A DNA stretch of 64,000 nt from assembly GCA_050178135.1 (NCBI GenBank), contig JBFXGJ010000002.1:14407-78406 (forward strand), written 5' to 3'. The notes under the pieces were generated by a model. The model did no database searches and was not told the DNA's origin. It was given only the letters and a program-made list of their open reading frames with translations. The translations under genes and the position numbers were made by a program. Shown here one piece after another: positions 1-9,400 of the stretch (position 1 is its first letter; each line of letters starts with the position of its first letter). The stretch comes from Methanoregulaceae archaeon. GTDB lineage: Archaea > Halobacteriota > Methanomicrobia > Methanomicrobiales > Methanospirillaceae.

Positions 1-1
1 G

Positions 2-187
2 TTCATCACCGACGGCCGTTCGGCGATCCTACGCGACCGTACCCTCAGTGCTGTCGGCTCCAACCAGGACGTCATCACCGAGGAGAACCTTAAACGAGCC
101 TACGGCATCGATGTTCAGGTGCGTGAGATCGGGCCGCCGGTGGGCCGGCGGATCTGTATCCCCCTCTTCTCGCGGAGGGGCACATGA
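2..187 (+). CDS. ABC transporter ATP-binding protein, C-terminal fragment (start lies upstream of window)
   Basis: Frame is open from the window edge to TGA 185-187. Translation ...SNQDVITEENLKRAYGIDVQVREIG... resembles the C-terminal tail of FepC/BtuD-type ABC ATPases. Confidence 0.4.
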   Translation, partial: FITDGRSAILRDRTLSAVGSNQDVITEENLKRAYGIDVQVREIGPPVGRRICIPLFSRRGT

Positions 188-436
188 GCCCGAACGTCCC
201 TCCTCCCCTCTCTTCTCGCCGGGGCGATGAGGATCGCCTGATCGACGAGGGTGTCACCCCCTTCTGCTCGATCCCGGCGCTGGGGGCCAGGCCGGCTCCG
301 GCACCTCACGATGCCTTGAGCAGTGAGTTATGGCGGCCGGATCGACCGTACAGACCTGTTGACCTGCAGGGCCCGGGCCGACCACCGGTTCACCGTCATC
401 ACCGGCGATCCGGGCCTATCACTGGAGAATAAAACC

Positions 437-1333
437 ATGCCCCAAGACACCTGCATACCGGACCCGTACGGCGACACGATCGACTGGAACAGCATATGGA
501 CCGCCCGAAAACTGCGGCACCTCGCCATCCCTGGATACCGCGAGGGGGACGGGTTTTTCCAGCAGAAGTCGAATGTTCTACGGTTCTTTTCGCGCAGGAC
601 CGAACCGAACCCCCGGGTCCAGCAGCAACTCGCCTGGCTCCAGCCCCCTCGAGGAGTGCGTATACTCGACATCGGCGCGGGTCCCGGCAACCTGGCGGTC
701 CCTCTTGCCGAGCGCGGATGCCACGTGGTCGCCGTCGAGCCGGCGGCCCCGATGCGTGACATGCTGAGCGAGAATGCCGCGAGGGCCGGTGTTGAGGTCG
801 AGGTCGTTCCGTCTGCCTGGGAGGATGTGGACCCTGCCACACTGGGGGGGTCCTTCGACCTCGTGATCGCCTCCTTCTCGCTCACGATGGTCGACATCAG
901 GGCGGCCCTCGAGAAGATGCACGGGGCGTGTGACGGTGAAGTGCACCTCTACTGGTTTTTCACCCCGCCACCGTGGGGGCGGGTCCTTCGCGCGCTCTGG
1001 CCCGAGGTGCACGGGGCGGAGTACCATTACGAGCCGATGGCCGGCTGTCTCGTCAATGTCCTCCTGCAGATGGGGGTCTTTCCGACTGTCGAGCCGGCTT
1101 TCATGGGTGGGGTTCATAACTATGGGACGATCGACGAAGTCGTCGACGAGTTCGCCCACCGGATGAACAGGCGGGACAGGACACACGACGGGGTGATCAG
1201 GGACGGCCTCCTCCGTCTCCTGCGCCGGGAAGAGGACGGCTCACTTGTTCTCGACCACCCCGCCTGGCACGCCCACGTCTGGTGGGACACGCGCGAGCAG
1301 TTGATTCGGCCGGAATTCAACCCCGTCTACTGA
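437..1333 (+). CDS. class I SAM-dependent methyltransferase
   Basis: ORF 323-1333 with SAM-binding motif VRILDIGAGPGNLAVPLAERGCHVVAVEP. ATG 437 (MPQDTC...) preferred as start. Confidence 0.7.
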   Translation: MPQDTCIPDPYGDTIDWNSIWTARKLRHLAIPGYREGDGFFQQKSNVLRFFSRRTEPNPRVQQQLAWLQPPRGVRILDIGAGPGNLAVPLAERGCHVVAVEPAAPMRDMLSENAARAGVEVEVVPSAWEDVDPATLGGSFDLVIASFSLTMVDIRAALEKMHGACDGEVHLYWFFTPPPWGRVLRALWPEVHGAEYHYEPMAGCLVNVLLQMGVFPTVEPAFMGGVHNYGTIDEVVDEFAHRMNRRDRTHDGVIRDGLLRLLRREEDGSLVLDHPAWHAHVWWDTREQLIRPEFNPVY

Positions 1334-2172
1334 TCTCCCCCGTCGGGCACGCTCTTTCTGGACCGTTGTCCCAGGACATGCACGGTTCCGATCACCATGA
1401 ACGAGATGGCGACCAGCAGGAGTGCGAGGGAGACCGAGCTCCCGATATCACTCTGCATCTCGCCGTAGATCGCGAGAGGCATGGTCTGTGTTCGCCCCTG
1501 GAGGTTCCCGGCAAACATGATCGTCGCACCGAACTCCCCGAGAGCCCGGGCGAAGCTCATGATCGCCCCCGAGACGAGTCCTCCCGCGGCGAGTGGGGCT
1601 GTAACGTGCACGAAGACCCGAAGGGGAGACGCTCCGAGAGTCCGGGCCGCCGCCTCGTAGACAGGGTCGACCTCGGCGAACGAGGTGCGTGCGTGGCGGA
1701 GATAGAAGGGTGCTGCAACGAAGCACTGGGCCATGATGACCGCGACCGTCGTGAACGCGACCGTGATGCCCAGCGGCTCCAGGTACTGCCCGATCAGCCC
1801 GTGTCGGCCGAACGCGATGAGCAGGGAGAGGCCGGCGACTGCAGGCGGCAGCACAATCGGCAGGTCGGTCAGGGCCTCTACCAGGGCACGCCAGGGATAG
1901 TCGCGTCGCGCGTTCAGGTACGCGAGCGGCGTGCCGAACAGGATGACGAGCAGCGTGGCGATTGTCGCGGTCGAGAGCGAAAGCGTGAGGGCGTCCGCCA
2001 CGATGGGTACCGATGGCGCCTGGGCGAGGGTGTCAAGCGGCACCGAGAGAACGAGCGCCACCAGGGGGACCGCGATGAAGAGCGCGAAGAGGCCGGCAAG
2101 TCCCCCTGATAAGAGCCCACCGATGACTCTCCGTGCCCGGAAAAGAGGGTGACCTGGAGCGGGTCGGTACAT
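1327..2172 (-). CDS. modB: molybdate ABC transporter permease ModB
   Basis: ORF 1327-2214, multi-TM, with ModB-type signature EFGATIMFAGNLQGRTQTMPLAIY. ATG 2172 lies 13 nt after the modA stop. Confidence 0.85.
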   Translation of the reverse strand: MYRPAPGHPLFRARRVIGGLLSGGLAGLFALFIAVPLVALVLSVPLDTLAQAPSVPIVADALTLSLSTATIATLLVILFGTPLAYLNARRDYPWRALVEALTDLPIVLPPAVAGLSLLIAFGRHGLIGQYLEPLGITVAFTTVAVIMAQCFVAAPFYLRHARTSFAEVDPVYEAAARTLGASPLRVFVHVTAPLAAGGLVSGAIMSFARALGEFGATIMFAGNLQGRTQTMPLAIYGEMQSDIGSSVSLALLLVAISFMVIGTVHVLGQRSRKSVPDGGDQ

Positions 2173-2185
2173 GCCGGACCTTTCT

Positions 2186-3022
2186 TCAGACCGGTGCGAA
2201 GCCGTACTCTGCAAGCTTCTCCCGCCCGGTGGAAGAGATGAGGAACTCGATGAACGCCGCTGCCTCGTCCCTGTTCTTTGTCTGGGTCAGGATCCCGATC
2301 GGGTAGTCCGCAACGACCTCGTAATGCTCCGGGAGATCGATGGCGATGACCCGGCCTTTCTGCGCGGCAGGGACATCGGATGCATATGCGATCCCAGCAT
2401 CCGCCTCGCCCAGGACGACCTTTGTCGCCAGGTTGTTGACATTCGTCTCTTCAGAGATGACGTTTGCCAGGACACGCTCCTTGAAGGTGGGGCCGTACTC
2501 TGAGTCGTTCATTGTCCTGTTCAGGAGCTGGCGCGCGTAATCGCCGATCGGAACATCCTTTGTCCCGATGACGAGCCGTACCCCGGGTTCAGCGAGGTCG
2601 CTGAGCTCCTGGATGCCAGCGGGATTGTCAGTGGGAATTAGGATCACGAGCCGGTTCTGGACGAAGAACCGGACTGAACCATTCTCGATGAGCCCAGCCT
2701 TCTGTGCGAGGTCCATCTGTTTTGTGTTGGCGGAGGCGAAGATGTCCGCGTGCGCTCCCTTTTCGAGCTGCGTGCGAAGGAGCTGTGAGCCATCGAAGTT
2801 CAGTATCACCCGGGTGCCGGTCCGGTTCACCTCGAAGAGCCTTCCGCATTCGGTAAACGCGTCCTTCAGCGATGCTGCGGCGAAGACGGTCAGCTCAGTG
2901 GTCGACGAAGGTGTCGCCGGAGCAGACTCTGCAGCCGGCGCCATGCAGCCGGCGGCCATCATCATCAGTCCAAGGAGCAGGGTGCCGGCGACGCGGAGTA
3001 TATTCAGAGTGGTTCTCATCAA
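2186..3022 (-). CDS. modA: molybdate-binding protein ModA (lipoprotein-type signal)
   Basis: N-terminal signal with lipobox-like MMMAAGC. ModA motifs LTVFAAASLKDAF and VLGEADAGIAYASDV. Confidence 0.85.
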   Translation of the reverse strand: MMRTTLNILRVAGTLLLGLMMMAAGCMAPAAESAPATPSSTTELTVFAAASLKDAFTECGRLFEVNRTGTRVILNFDGSQLLRTQLEKGAHADIFASANTKQMDLAQKAGLIENGSVRFFVQNRLVILIPTDNPAGIQELSDLAEPGVRLVIGTKDVPIGDYARQLLNRTMNDSEYGPTFKERVLANVISEETNVNNLATKVVLGEADAGIAYASDVPAAQKGRVIAIDLPEHYEVVADYPIGILTQTKNRDEAAAFIEFLISSTGREKLAEYGFAPV

Positions 3023-3090
3023 ATACAGCCTGCCAGCTCGATGTCATCCCAGGAGCTGACTCTTTAAGTTTTATTAACCAATGATAAAAA

Positions 3091-4560
3091 TTAATCTTTT
3101 TTATTATATACACCCTTATCGCCCGGGGGAAATTGCTCCGCGATGATAGGCCTGCAGGCCTCAATGACGGATTGGAGACGCTGGTCAGCCCCCGTGGGGG
3201 CGATCAGGGAGGGGCAGCCCTTCTCCTCGATGACGGCGAGATGACAGCGACGAGCCCGGATCGCCTCGTGAGCTGTGACGGCCCGTCCTCCGATCGGCTC
3301 GACGTGGAGGCCCTGGCTGGAAGCCGACGCCACGAGTCTCTCGAGGAGAGGTCCGGCCTCTCCATGCACGAGGAGTGTCCGGCCAATCACCCGCTCTCCA
3401 GCAGTCAGACGGACATCCTGCACGGTCCCCGCCTCGTACCCCTCGACGCCGCCTGGAATGTGCAGAAATGCGTGTGGGCCGATATCGGCGAGGTGTGATG
3501 CCGGTGCTCGCGCACGTGGGTAGGCCACCCAGCGCCCATCCACGAACCCCAGGGTGAGGGGGACGAACTCGTCGATCCCCACCTCTGACGCGACTGTTCG
3601 GGCGAGCTCGACCTGGACTGTCGGGTCCGTCACGGTCGGTGGAAAACCCCAGGCACAGAGAAGCGGAGCAACGAGTTCCCTGAGCACGACCCCTGCAGCG
3701 AAGGGATACCCGGGCAGGGCGATGATGGGAACATCGCGGACACGTCCGGCAAGGGTGGGGCGCCCTGGCTGCATCGCGACGCCATGGAAGACAACCTCCC
3801 CCTCCTCCCGGATAGCACCGGCAGCCCCGTCGTTCGCCCCTTTCGAGATCCCTCCGAAGACCAGGACCAGGTCCACGTCGACAGTCGCCGTTGACAGCGC
3901 GGCACGGACCTCCTCGACCGATCCCGGAATTGCGGGGAGGGGGCGACAATCGACTCCCCGGCCAGAGAGGAACGCGCTCGCCCGGGTTGTGTTCGACTCG
4001 ATCACCTCGCCGGCACCCGGACGGGTGCCGGGGGGAACGAGCCCCTGTCCGACCGGGAGAAGGGCGACATGGAGTGCGCGGACAAGGATTCGTTCAATGC
4101 CGCAGGCGACGAGGGCCCCGACCTCGTCCGGACGGATGCGGTGGCCGGCGGGAATAATCACGGCCCCCGCCCTGACCTCGCCACCCGCGCGTCGCACGTG
4201 CTGTCCTGCGCGAGCCGCTTTCCTGGTCGAGAAGCCCGAACCGGACCGCTCCAGTTCCTCCACCATCACAACTGCATCGCATCCGGGAGGCAGGGGCTCT
4301 CCCGACTCCACGGGGATTGCCGAAGGCAGGGGGACGGGTGTCTGATCGCGAGCCCCGAGGGTTTCGACGCTCTGGATTGCACATCCGTCCATGAGGCACC
4401 GGTCCTCGCCGGGCAGATCGAATGCCGCCATAACGGGTGCTGCCGTCACCCGTCCGACTGCCTGGGTGATTGCGACCATCTCGGACCGTGACGGGACCGT
4501 GTATGAACCGGTGATGAGGGCGCGCGCCTCGAGAAATGTGACCTGGTCGAAGAACCGCAT
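3091..4560 (-). CDS. moeA: molybdopterin molybdenum/tungsten transferase MoeA, long 489-aa paralogue
   Basis: MoeA pattern GEPLPPGCDAVVMVE, LVLVFGGISKGANDG, ALPGYPFAAGV, plus a C-terminal extension of about 90 aa. Confidence 0.75.
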   Translation of the reverse strand: MRFFDQVTFLEARALITGSYTVPSRSEMVAITQAVGRVTAAPVMAAFDLPGEDRCLMDGCAIQSVETLGARDQTPVPLPSAIPVESGEPLPPGCDAVVMVEELERSGSGFSTRKAARAGQHVRRAGGEVRAGAVIIPAGHRIRPDEVGALVACGIERILVRALHVALLPVGQGLVPPGTRPGAGEVIESNTTRASAFLSGRGVDCRPLPAIPGSVEEVRAALSTATVDVDLVLVFGGISKGANDGAAGAIREEGEVVFHGVAMQPGRPTLAGRVRDVPIIALPGYPFAAGVVLRELVAPLLCAWGFPPTVTDPTVQVELARTVASEVGIDEFVPLTLGFVDGRWVAYPRARAPASHLADIGPHAFLHIPGGVEGYEAGTVQDVRLTAGERVIGRTLLVHGEAGPLLERLVASASSQGLHVEPIGGRAVTAHEAIRARRCHLAVIEEKGCPSLIAPTGADQRLQSVIEACRPIIAEQFPPGDKGVYNKKD

Positions 4561-4706
4561 GGGACCGCTCCGGGGAATGTCTGTTCGAAGGATAGAAATA
4601 ATGTTTGCAACAAAAGGGATATGTTAATTGAATTAGATGAACAATGTATTTCTTCACTCAGGGATCCCCACCTCGTCACGATGATCTCAGGTGCAGGGGC
4701 GGTGCG

Positions 4707-5543
4707 ATGATCGCCGCAGGATCGCCCGGTCCGCTAACCCGCAAGGTGAGAGTGATCGCAGTAGATCAGGGAGGTGTTCGGGAGGACCGGACAGAGGTCT
4801 GCGAGGAGAGGATGATGCAGGTCTTTGTCAACGACGTCCCGTTCGTCCGCCTCGCCCTGACCAACGACCGCCTGGAGGAGTTCATCAATGGTTTTCTTGT
4901 CTGCGAGGGGGTCGTCACGTCCCCCGATGTCGTTGAGGTGGTGCGGATCGACTCGGATGGCATCCGGGTGCGAGTCGACGGCGACGCCCTCCGGCACCCG
5001 GAGCTTGAACTGCGCACCTCCGGCTGTCCGGGGATCGCCTGCGGGATAGACGCCTGCCGTCGACCTCTTCCCGATGGCCCGACGGTCGAAATGAGCTACC
5101 TCCTTCGGGCAGCGGGTCTCATCAACGAACACGCGCGCCTTTGGAGACGCACTGGCGGAACGCACTGCACCGTGATCACCGATCCCTCCGGTGAGGTGAT
5201 TGCAGCGGCAGAGGACATGGGCCGCCACACCTCGGTCGACAAGGCGGTCGGTTCGGCCCTGCTTGACGGAGCAGACCTCTCATCAGCCCTCCTCGTCTGT
5301 ACGGGCCGTCTCCCCTCCGGCATGGTCGTCAAGGCGTACCGGGCTGGCATCCCCATCGTCGTCTCGAACACAGCCCCTATGTTGGCTGGAATTGACCTGG
5401 CAGAGCGGCTGAACATGACCCTGGTCGGGTTCGCCCGCCCCCCGCGGTTGACGATCTACTCGCATCCCGGTCGAATCCTGTGGAATGGGGTTGACATATC
5501 GTCAGTTGCGCAGGGAGATAAGCGGTCATCCGCCCCCGCCTGA
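4707..5543 (+). CDS. fdhD: formate dehydrogenase accessory sulfurtransferase FdhD
   Basis: ORF 4644-5543 with FdhD-like blocks GFLVCEGVV, GGTHCTVI, GRHTSVDKAVG, LVCTGRLPSGMVVKAYRAGIPIVVSNTAP. ATG 4707 chosen as start. Confidence 0.8.
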   Translation: MIAAGSPGPLTRKVRVIAVDQGGVREDRTEVCEERMMQVFVNDVPFVRLALTNDRLEEFINGFLVCEGVVTSPDVVEVVRIDSDGIRVRVDGDALRHPELELRTSGCPGIACGIDACRRPLPDGPTVEMSYLLRAAGLINEHARLWRRTGGTHCTVITDPSGEVIAAAEDMGRHTSVDKAVGSALLDGADLSSALLVCTGRLPSGMVVKAYRAGIPIVVSNTAPMLAGIDLAERLNMTLVGFARPPRLTIYSHPGRILWNGVDISSVAQGDKRSSAPA

Positions 5544-5546
5544 GGA

Positions 5547-6800
5547 GTGTCATCGATGGAAGTCCTGTTCGGAGCGATCCAGCACGGATCCGCTTCCGGG
5601 CCCGATGAATCGGTCTGCTCGATCGAGGATGCAATCGGATTCATCCGACAGTCCGCGCTCCCCGCCACCACCGAGCTCGTTCCGATCGACCGGGCAGATG
5701 GACGCGTGCTCGCGGAGCCTGTCCATTCGGGGTGCGACGTTCCCGGGTTCGACCGATCGGCGATGGACGGATACGCCGTCCAATCAGCCGATACCGCATT
5801 AGCGTCTCCGGACACCCCGGTGATGCTCCGGATAGGGGGCTCGGTCCGTATGGGCTCCTCGTACCATCCGGCGCTCGGATCGGGCGAGGCCTCTCCAATC
5901 CCCACGGGAGGTCAGCTGCCGCCAACGGCGGATGCGGTCGTCCCGAACGAGCTGGTCGAACGGCGCGGTGAGCTGCTGGCCCTCTCCCGCCCGGTCCAGG
6001 CGGGGTCGAACGTGATCCTTCGGGGGTCCGATATCGCTGCGGGAAGTCTCCTTGTCCCCGAGGGATGGATGGTGCGACCGCAGGATGTCGGGGTGCTTGC
6101 TGCGATTGGCAGGACCTCGGTCCGGGTGCGGCGTCCGCTCTGCATTGGTGTTATCCCGACCGGCCTCGAACTCGTGGACGCCGGGACGATTCCAGCCCCA
6201 GGCGAGGTCCGGGAGGTGAACTCTCACCTGATCGGTGTTTTTCTCAGGCGACAGGGTGCCATTCCCGTGATCTCGGGGGTGGTGCGTGACGACCCTGACG
6301 AACTCACCTATGCCGTCCTCCGGTCGGTTGCCGACTGCGACGCCGTGGTGGTCTCGGGTGGGAGCGCACGGGGCGAGCGAGACATCACCGGGCAGGTCCT
6401 CGCACGACTCTCCGACCGGACAATGCCCGCCGTCACGATCGGTCCGGGAAAACCGACCCGGGTCGCGATGGTCCACGGTCGGCCTGTCATCGGCTTGCCG
6501 GGCCACCCGGCCTCGTCGTTCATCGTCCTCGTCCTGTTCCTGGCGCGCCTGCTGGCGGGGATGCAGGACGGGTGCCGGCGGACAACGTGCCGGCAGACCG
6601 TCCGCCTCGCCAAGCCTGTTCCACTTCGCCGTCGGCGCGAGACCTTCCGGCTGGTCCACATCCGGGATGGGTGGGCCACACCGGTGGATGGCGAGCCCGG
6701 TCGGCTATCGACCCTCTTTGAATGCGACGGGATCGTCGTCGTCCCACCGGATGGTGATGGGCTCAAAGCCGGGGACGAGGCGGAGGTGATCACCTGGTGA
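5547..6800 (+). CDS. moeA: molybdopterin molybdenum/tungsten transferase MoeA, standard 417-aa form
   Basis: Motifs PIPTGGQLPPTADAVVPNE, AVVVSGGSARGERD, GLPGHPASSF. Starts 4 nt after the fdhD stop. Confidence 0.8.
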   Translation: MSSMEVLFGAIQHGSASGPDESVCSIEDAIGFIRQSALPATTELVPIDRADGRVLAEPVHSGCDVPGFDRSAMDGYAVQSADTALASPDTPVMLRIGGSVRMGSSYHPALGSGEASPIPTGGQLPPTADAVVPNELVERRGELLALSRPVQAGSNVILRGSDIAAGSLLVPEGWMVRPQDVGVLAAIGRTSVRVRRPLCIGVIPTGLELVDAGTIPAPGEVREVNSHLIGVFLRRQGAIPVISGVVRDDPDELTYAVLRSVADCDAVVVSGGSARGERDITGQVLARLSDRTMPAVTIGPGKPTRVAMVHGRPVIGLPGHPASSFIVLVLFLARLLAGMQDGCRRTTCRQTVRLAKPVPLRRRRETFRLVHIRDGWATPVDGEPGRLSTLFECDGIVVVPPDGDGLKAGDEAEVITW

Positions 6801-8259
6801 CCCGGAGCGCCGTCAGTACCCTGGAGACCTTCGGGTCATCGGTGAGCGCCGTGGGGACCACGAGCACTCGCGCCGACTCCCCGGGTCCCCGGTAACGCCA
6901 GGATGGACAGTCGACCATCCGGGCGTCCTCGAACACGGCCACGTGACACGCTGACGTTTCAATAAGGGCATGCGCCTCCTGCGGCGCACACGGGACGAGG
7001 GCGACCCGGTATACATCGTCGGGAACCTCGAGACCGGCGACTGCGCCGACCACCAGGACGGTGCGGTCGATCGTATCGGGGTCAGCCAGGAGCTCCACCT
7101 CCGCCATCGCCCCAACCCCGTACGACTCGATTCCGTCCGGGACCAGGAGGCGTGCGTTCGCACGAAGCTGGGAGAGTGCTCCACGGGGTCCGCGCGGTTG
7201 CCGTATGCCGATGACCACGCCATCGACACAGGCGACCGAGAGGGGGATCGTCTCGGTGAACCCGGGGTGTGATTCGATTGACAGGCCCAGCCGCACGGGG
7301 ACCCTCTGGGCCCCGGGCGCCGGGAGCCCCCACGAGGCGAGCAGTGGGACGAGGAAGTATTCGGTGAGGAGGGTGACGGGCTGCGCGCGCCCCGGTAGCG
7401 AGACGACGGGGACATCACCCACACGAACGACGAGGAACGACCGGCCAGGGCGTGCGGCGACACCGTCCACCACGACCCTGCCGAGCGATCGCACGACTCC
7501 GAAGGCGACGTCGCGCGTTCCACGTCCACTCCCCCCGCAGACCACGACCAGGTCGCAGCCCTCCACGAGAAGGGCCTCGATGGCGCCTCGGACAGCCGCC
7601 GGGTCATCGCACGTCACGGGGTGGACGATCGTCTCGGCCCCCTGGGGGGCGAGCAGGGCACGGATCGCAACCGGGTTCGAGGCGATACTCTCGCCCGGCC
7701 CGGGCCTCGTTCCGGGGACCACGAGCTCGTCACCGGTCGGGACGACTCCGACTCTGACCGACCGTGCCAGGACGAGCGTCACCCCCGCGGCGACCAGGGA
7801 GCCGATATCGCCGGGACGAAGCCGATGTCCAATGTCGAGCAGAGTGGTGCCGCAGGCGATCTCGCTCCCGGCACGCCTCACCCCGTCACCCGGACGCACA
7901 GGCACCTCGATGGCGATCCGGCCGCTCTCCTCGCGGCAGTCCTCGATCGGCACCACGGCGTCAGTCCCTGGTGGTAGGGGCCGGCCCGTATCGACGCGCC
8001 CGGGTGTTTCGACGAGGATCGGTCGTTCCGGGGTTGCTCGGGCGGTCTCGAGGCTCCGGACGCAAAAACCGTCCACGTCCGCCACGTCGGTTCCCGGAAT
8101 GGAAAAACCGGCCTGTACCGGGGCCGCAAGAACCCGTCCGATAGCCTTCTCCACCGGGAGCTCGATGGTCCGGGTCGGTCGCAAGAAGGCTTCAATGATC
8201 CGCGCCCGGGCCCGCTCGAACGGCAGCAGCGTACCCGGGGAGGCAGGTGATCTGTTCAA
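6790..8259 (-). CDS. moeA: molybdopterin molybdenum/tungsten transferase MoeA, second long 489-aa paralogue
   Basis: Motifs GRPLPPGTDAVVPIE, LVVVCGGSGRGTRD, SLPGRAQPV, plus a C-terminal extension. Its 3-prime end overlaps the convergent moeA by 11 nt. Confidence 0.75.
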   Translation of the reverse strand: MNRSPASPGTLLPFERARARIIEAFLRPTRTIELPVEKAIGRVLAAPVQAGFSIPGTDVADVDGFCVRSLETARATPERPILVETPGRVDTGRPLPPGTDAVVPIEDCREESGRIAIEVPVRPGDGVRRAGSEIACGTTLLDIGHRLRPGDIGSLVAAGVTLVLARSVRVGVVPTGDELVVPGTRPGPGESIASNPVAIRALLAPQGAETIVHPVTCDDPAAVRGAIEALLVEGCDLVVVCGGSGRGTRDVAFGVVRSLGRVVVDGVAARPGRSFLVVRVGDVPVVSLPGRAQPVTLLTEYFLVPLLASWGLPAPGAQRVPVRLGLSIESHPGFTETIPLSVACVDGVVIGIRQPRGPRGALSQLRANARLLVPDGIESYGVGAMAEVELLADPDTIDRTVLVVGAVAGLEVPDDVYRVALVPCAPQEAHALIETSACHVAVFEDARMVDCPSWRYRGPGESARVLVVPTALTDDPKVSRVLTALRVTR

Positions 8260-8311
8260 CTAAAGAGGGTTATTCACTCCTCTTATTAACCATCGCGCCC
8301 ATTCATCTGGA

Positions 8312-9184
8312 GTGGACCCCCAGAAGGCACTCGAATCGGCAGGGGGCGTCATCACCCACCGCAACCCTGCCCGGTGTACTGTCCGGCTCCGGTGTCCGGC
8401 CGGCCTCCTGACGCCTGAACAGCTTGTCGGCCTCGGCCGTATTGCACGGAATGCAGGTATCGACGCGGTGCACCTGACAACGCGCCAGACCCTTGAACTG
8501 CCCGGTGTCGATCCCAACTCTCTCGGACCCCTGCTCGATGCTCTCGAAGGAAACAAGACACCCCTGGGGGCGGAGCGGAACGAGGTGGTGAACGTCGTCG
8601 CCTGCCCCGGTACTGCCTCCTGCCGTCTTGCCGCGATCGAGACCGTCGACCTGGCCCGGGAGCTTGATCGCCGTTTCTTTGGCGTTGAGCTCCCGGTCAA
8701 GATGCGGATCGGCATCTCGGCCTGTCCCAACATGTGCGCCGGCGAGTCGCTCTGCGAGATCGGGATCACCGGTATCCGTCGGCCCCTGCGAGATACCGCA
8801 CGATGCACCGGTTGCGGAACGTGCGCGAACACCTGCCGAGAGGGGGCGATCATGATGGTGAACGGTTCCCTCTCTCTCGACGAGGCTCGCTGCGTCTCCT
8901 GCGGTATGTGTATCGATCGGTGTCCATTCGCGGTTCTCTCGGACGAGGGTGCAGCGTATCGCGTGACAGTCGGCGGCCGACGTGGGCGCCACCCCGCCGT
9001 CGGTCACGAACTGGTGACTGTCCAAACGCCTGGCCAGGTGGTCGTTGTCGTCGGAGCCGTCCTCGACCGGTGTTACCGCCGTGCGTACATGGACCGGCAC
9101 TTCGCAGACCAGCTGGACCTCATGGACCTGGAACAACTGCGCGCTGAACTTAATCTGCGCTTCAAATCTGGTGACGAACCTTAA
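8312..9184 (+). CDS. small sulfite/nitrite reductase-like siroheme-[4Fe-4S] protein with ferredoxin insert (Dsr-LP type)
   Basis: Siroheme-cluster coupling motifs CPGTASC (CX5C) and CPNMC (CX3C). Two ferredoxin motifs CTGCGTCANTC and CVSCGMCIDRC. Only 290 aa. Confidence 0.65.
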   Translation: MDPQKALESAGGVITHRNPARCTVRLRCPAGLLTPEQLVGLGRIARNAGIDAVHLTTRQTLELPGVDPNSLGPLLDALEGNKTPLGAERNEVVNVVACPGTASCRLAAIETVDLARELDRRFFGVELPVKMRIGISACPNMCAGESLCEIGITGIRRPLRDTARCTGCGTCANTCREGAIMMVNGSLSLDEARCVSCGMCIDRCPFAVLSDEGAAYRVTVGGRRGRHPAVGHELVTVQTPGQVVVVVGAVLDRCYRRAYMDRHFADQLDLMDLEQLRAELNLRFKSGDEP

Positions 9185-9352
9185 TTTCTCAGATCTTGGG
9201 ATTCGTTGTAGGGAGCATGGGAGGGGCGAGTGGTTAATCTTGTGATCTGCAATATATTGATATTTAAGAAATGTTAGGTTAAAACAATTAATTTTTTTAA
9301 CTACTCCCTTTTTTTAATGAATTCTCCATATCTTGGTATGACCATGCCAGAT

Positions 9353-9382
9353 GGGAAACGCCTGGCTCTGAGGGCGTCTCCC
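9353..9382 (+). promoter_or_regulatory. stem-loop in the fwd leader
   Basis: gggaaacgcc (loop tggctctgag) ggcgtctccc pairs at 9 of 10 positions. Ends 19 nt before the fwdD GTG start. Confidence 0.25.
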
Positions 9383-9400
9383 GCGGGGTGAGGTGAACCT

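Noticed and set aside
2-187. The partial ABC ATPase at the window edge as the missing modC
   Set aside because: It lies on the opposite strand from modAB, is separated from them by a methyltransferase gene, and its tail resembles FepC/BtuD-type rather than ModC/TOBE-type ATPases.
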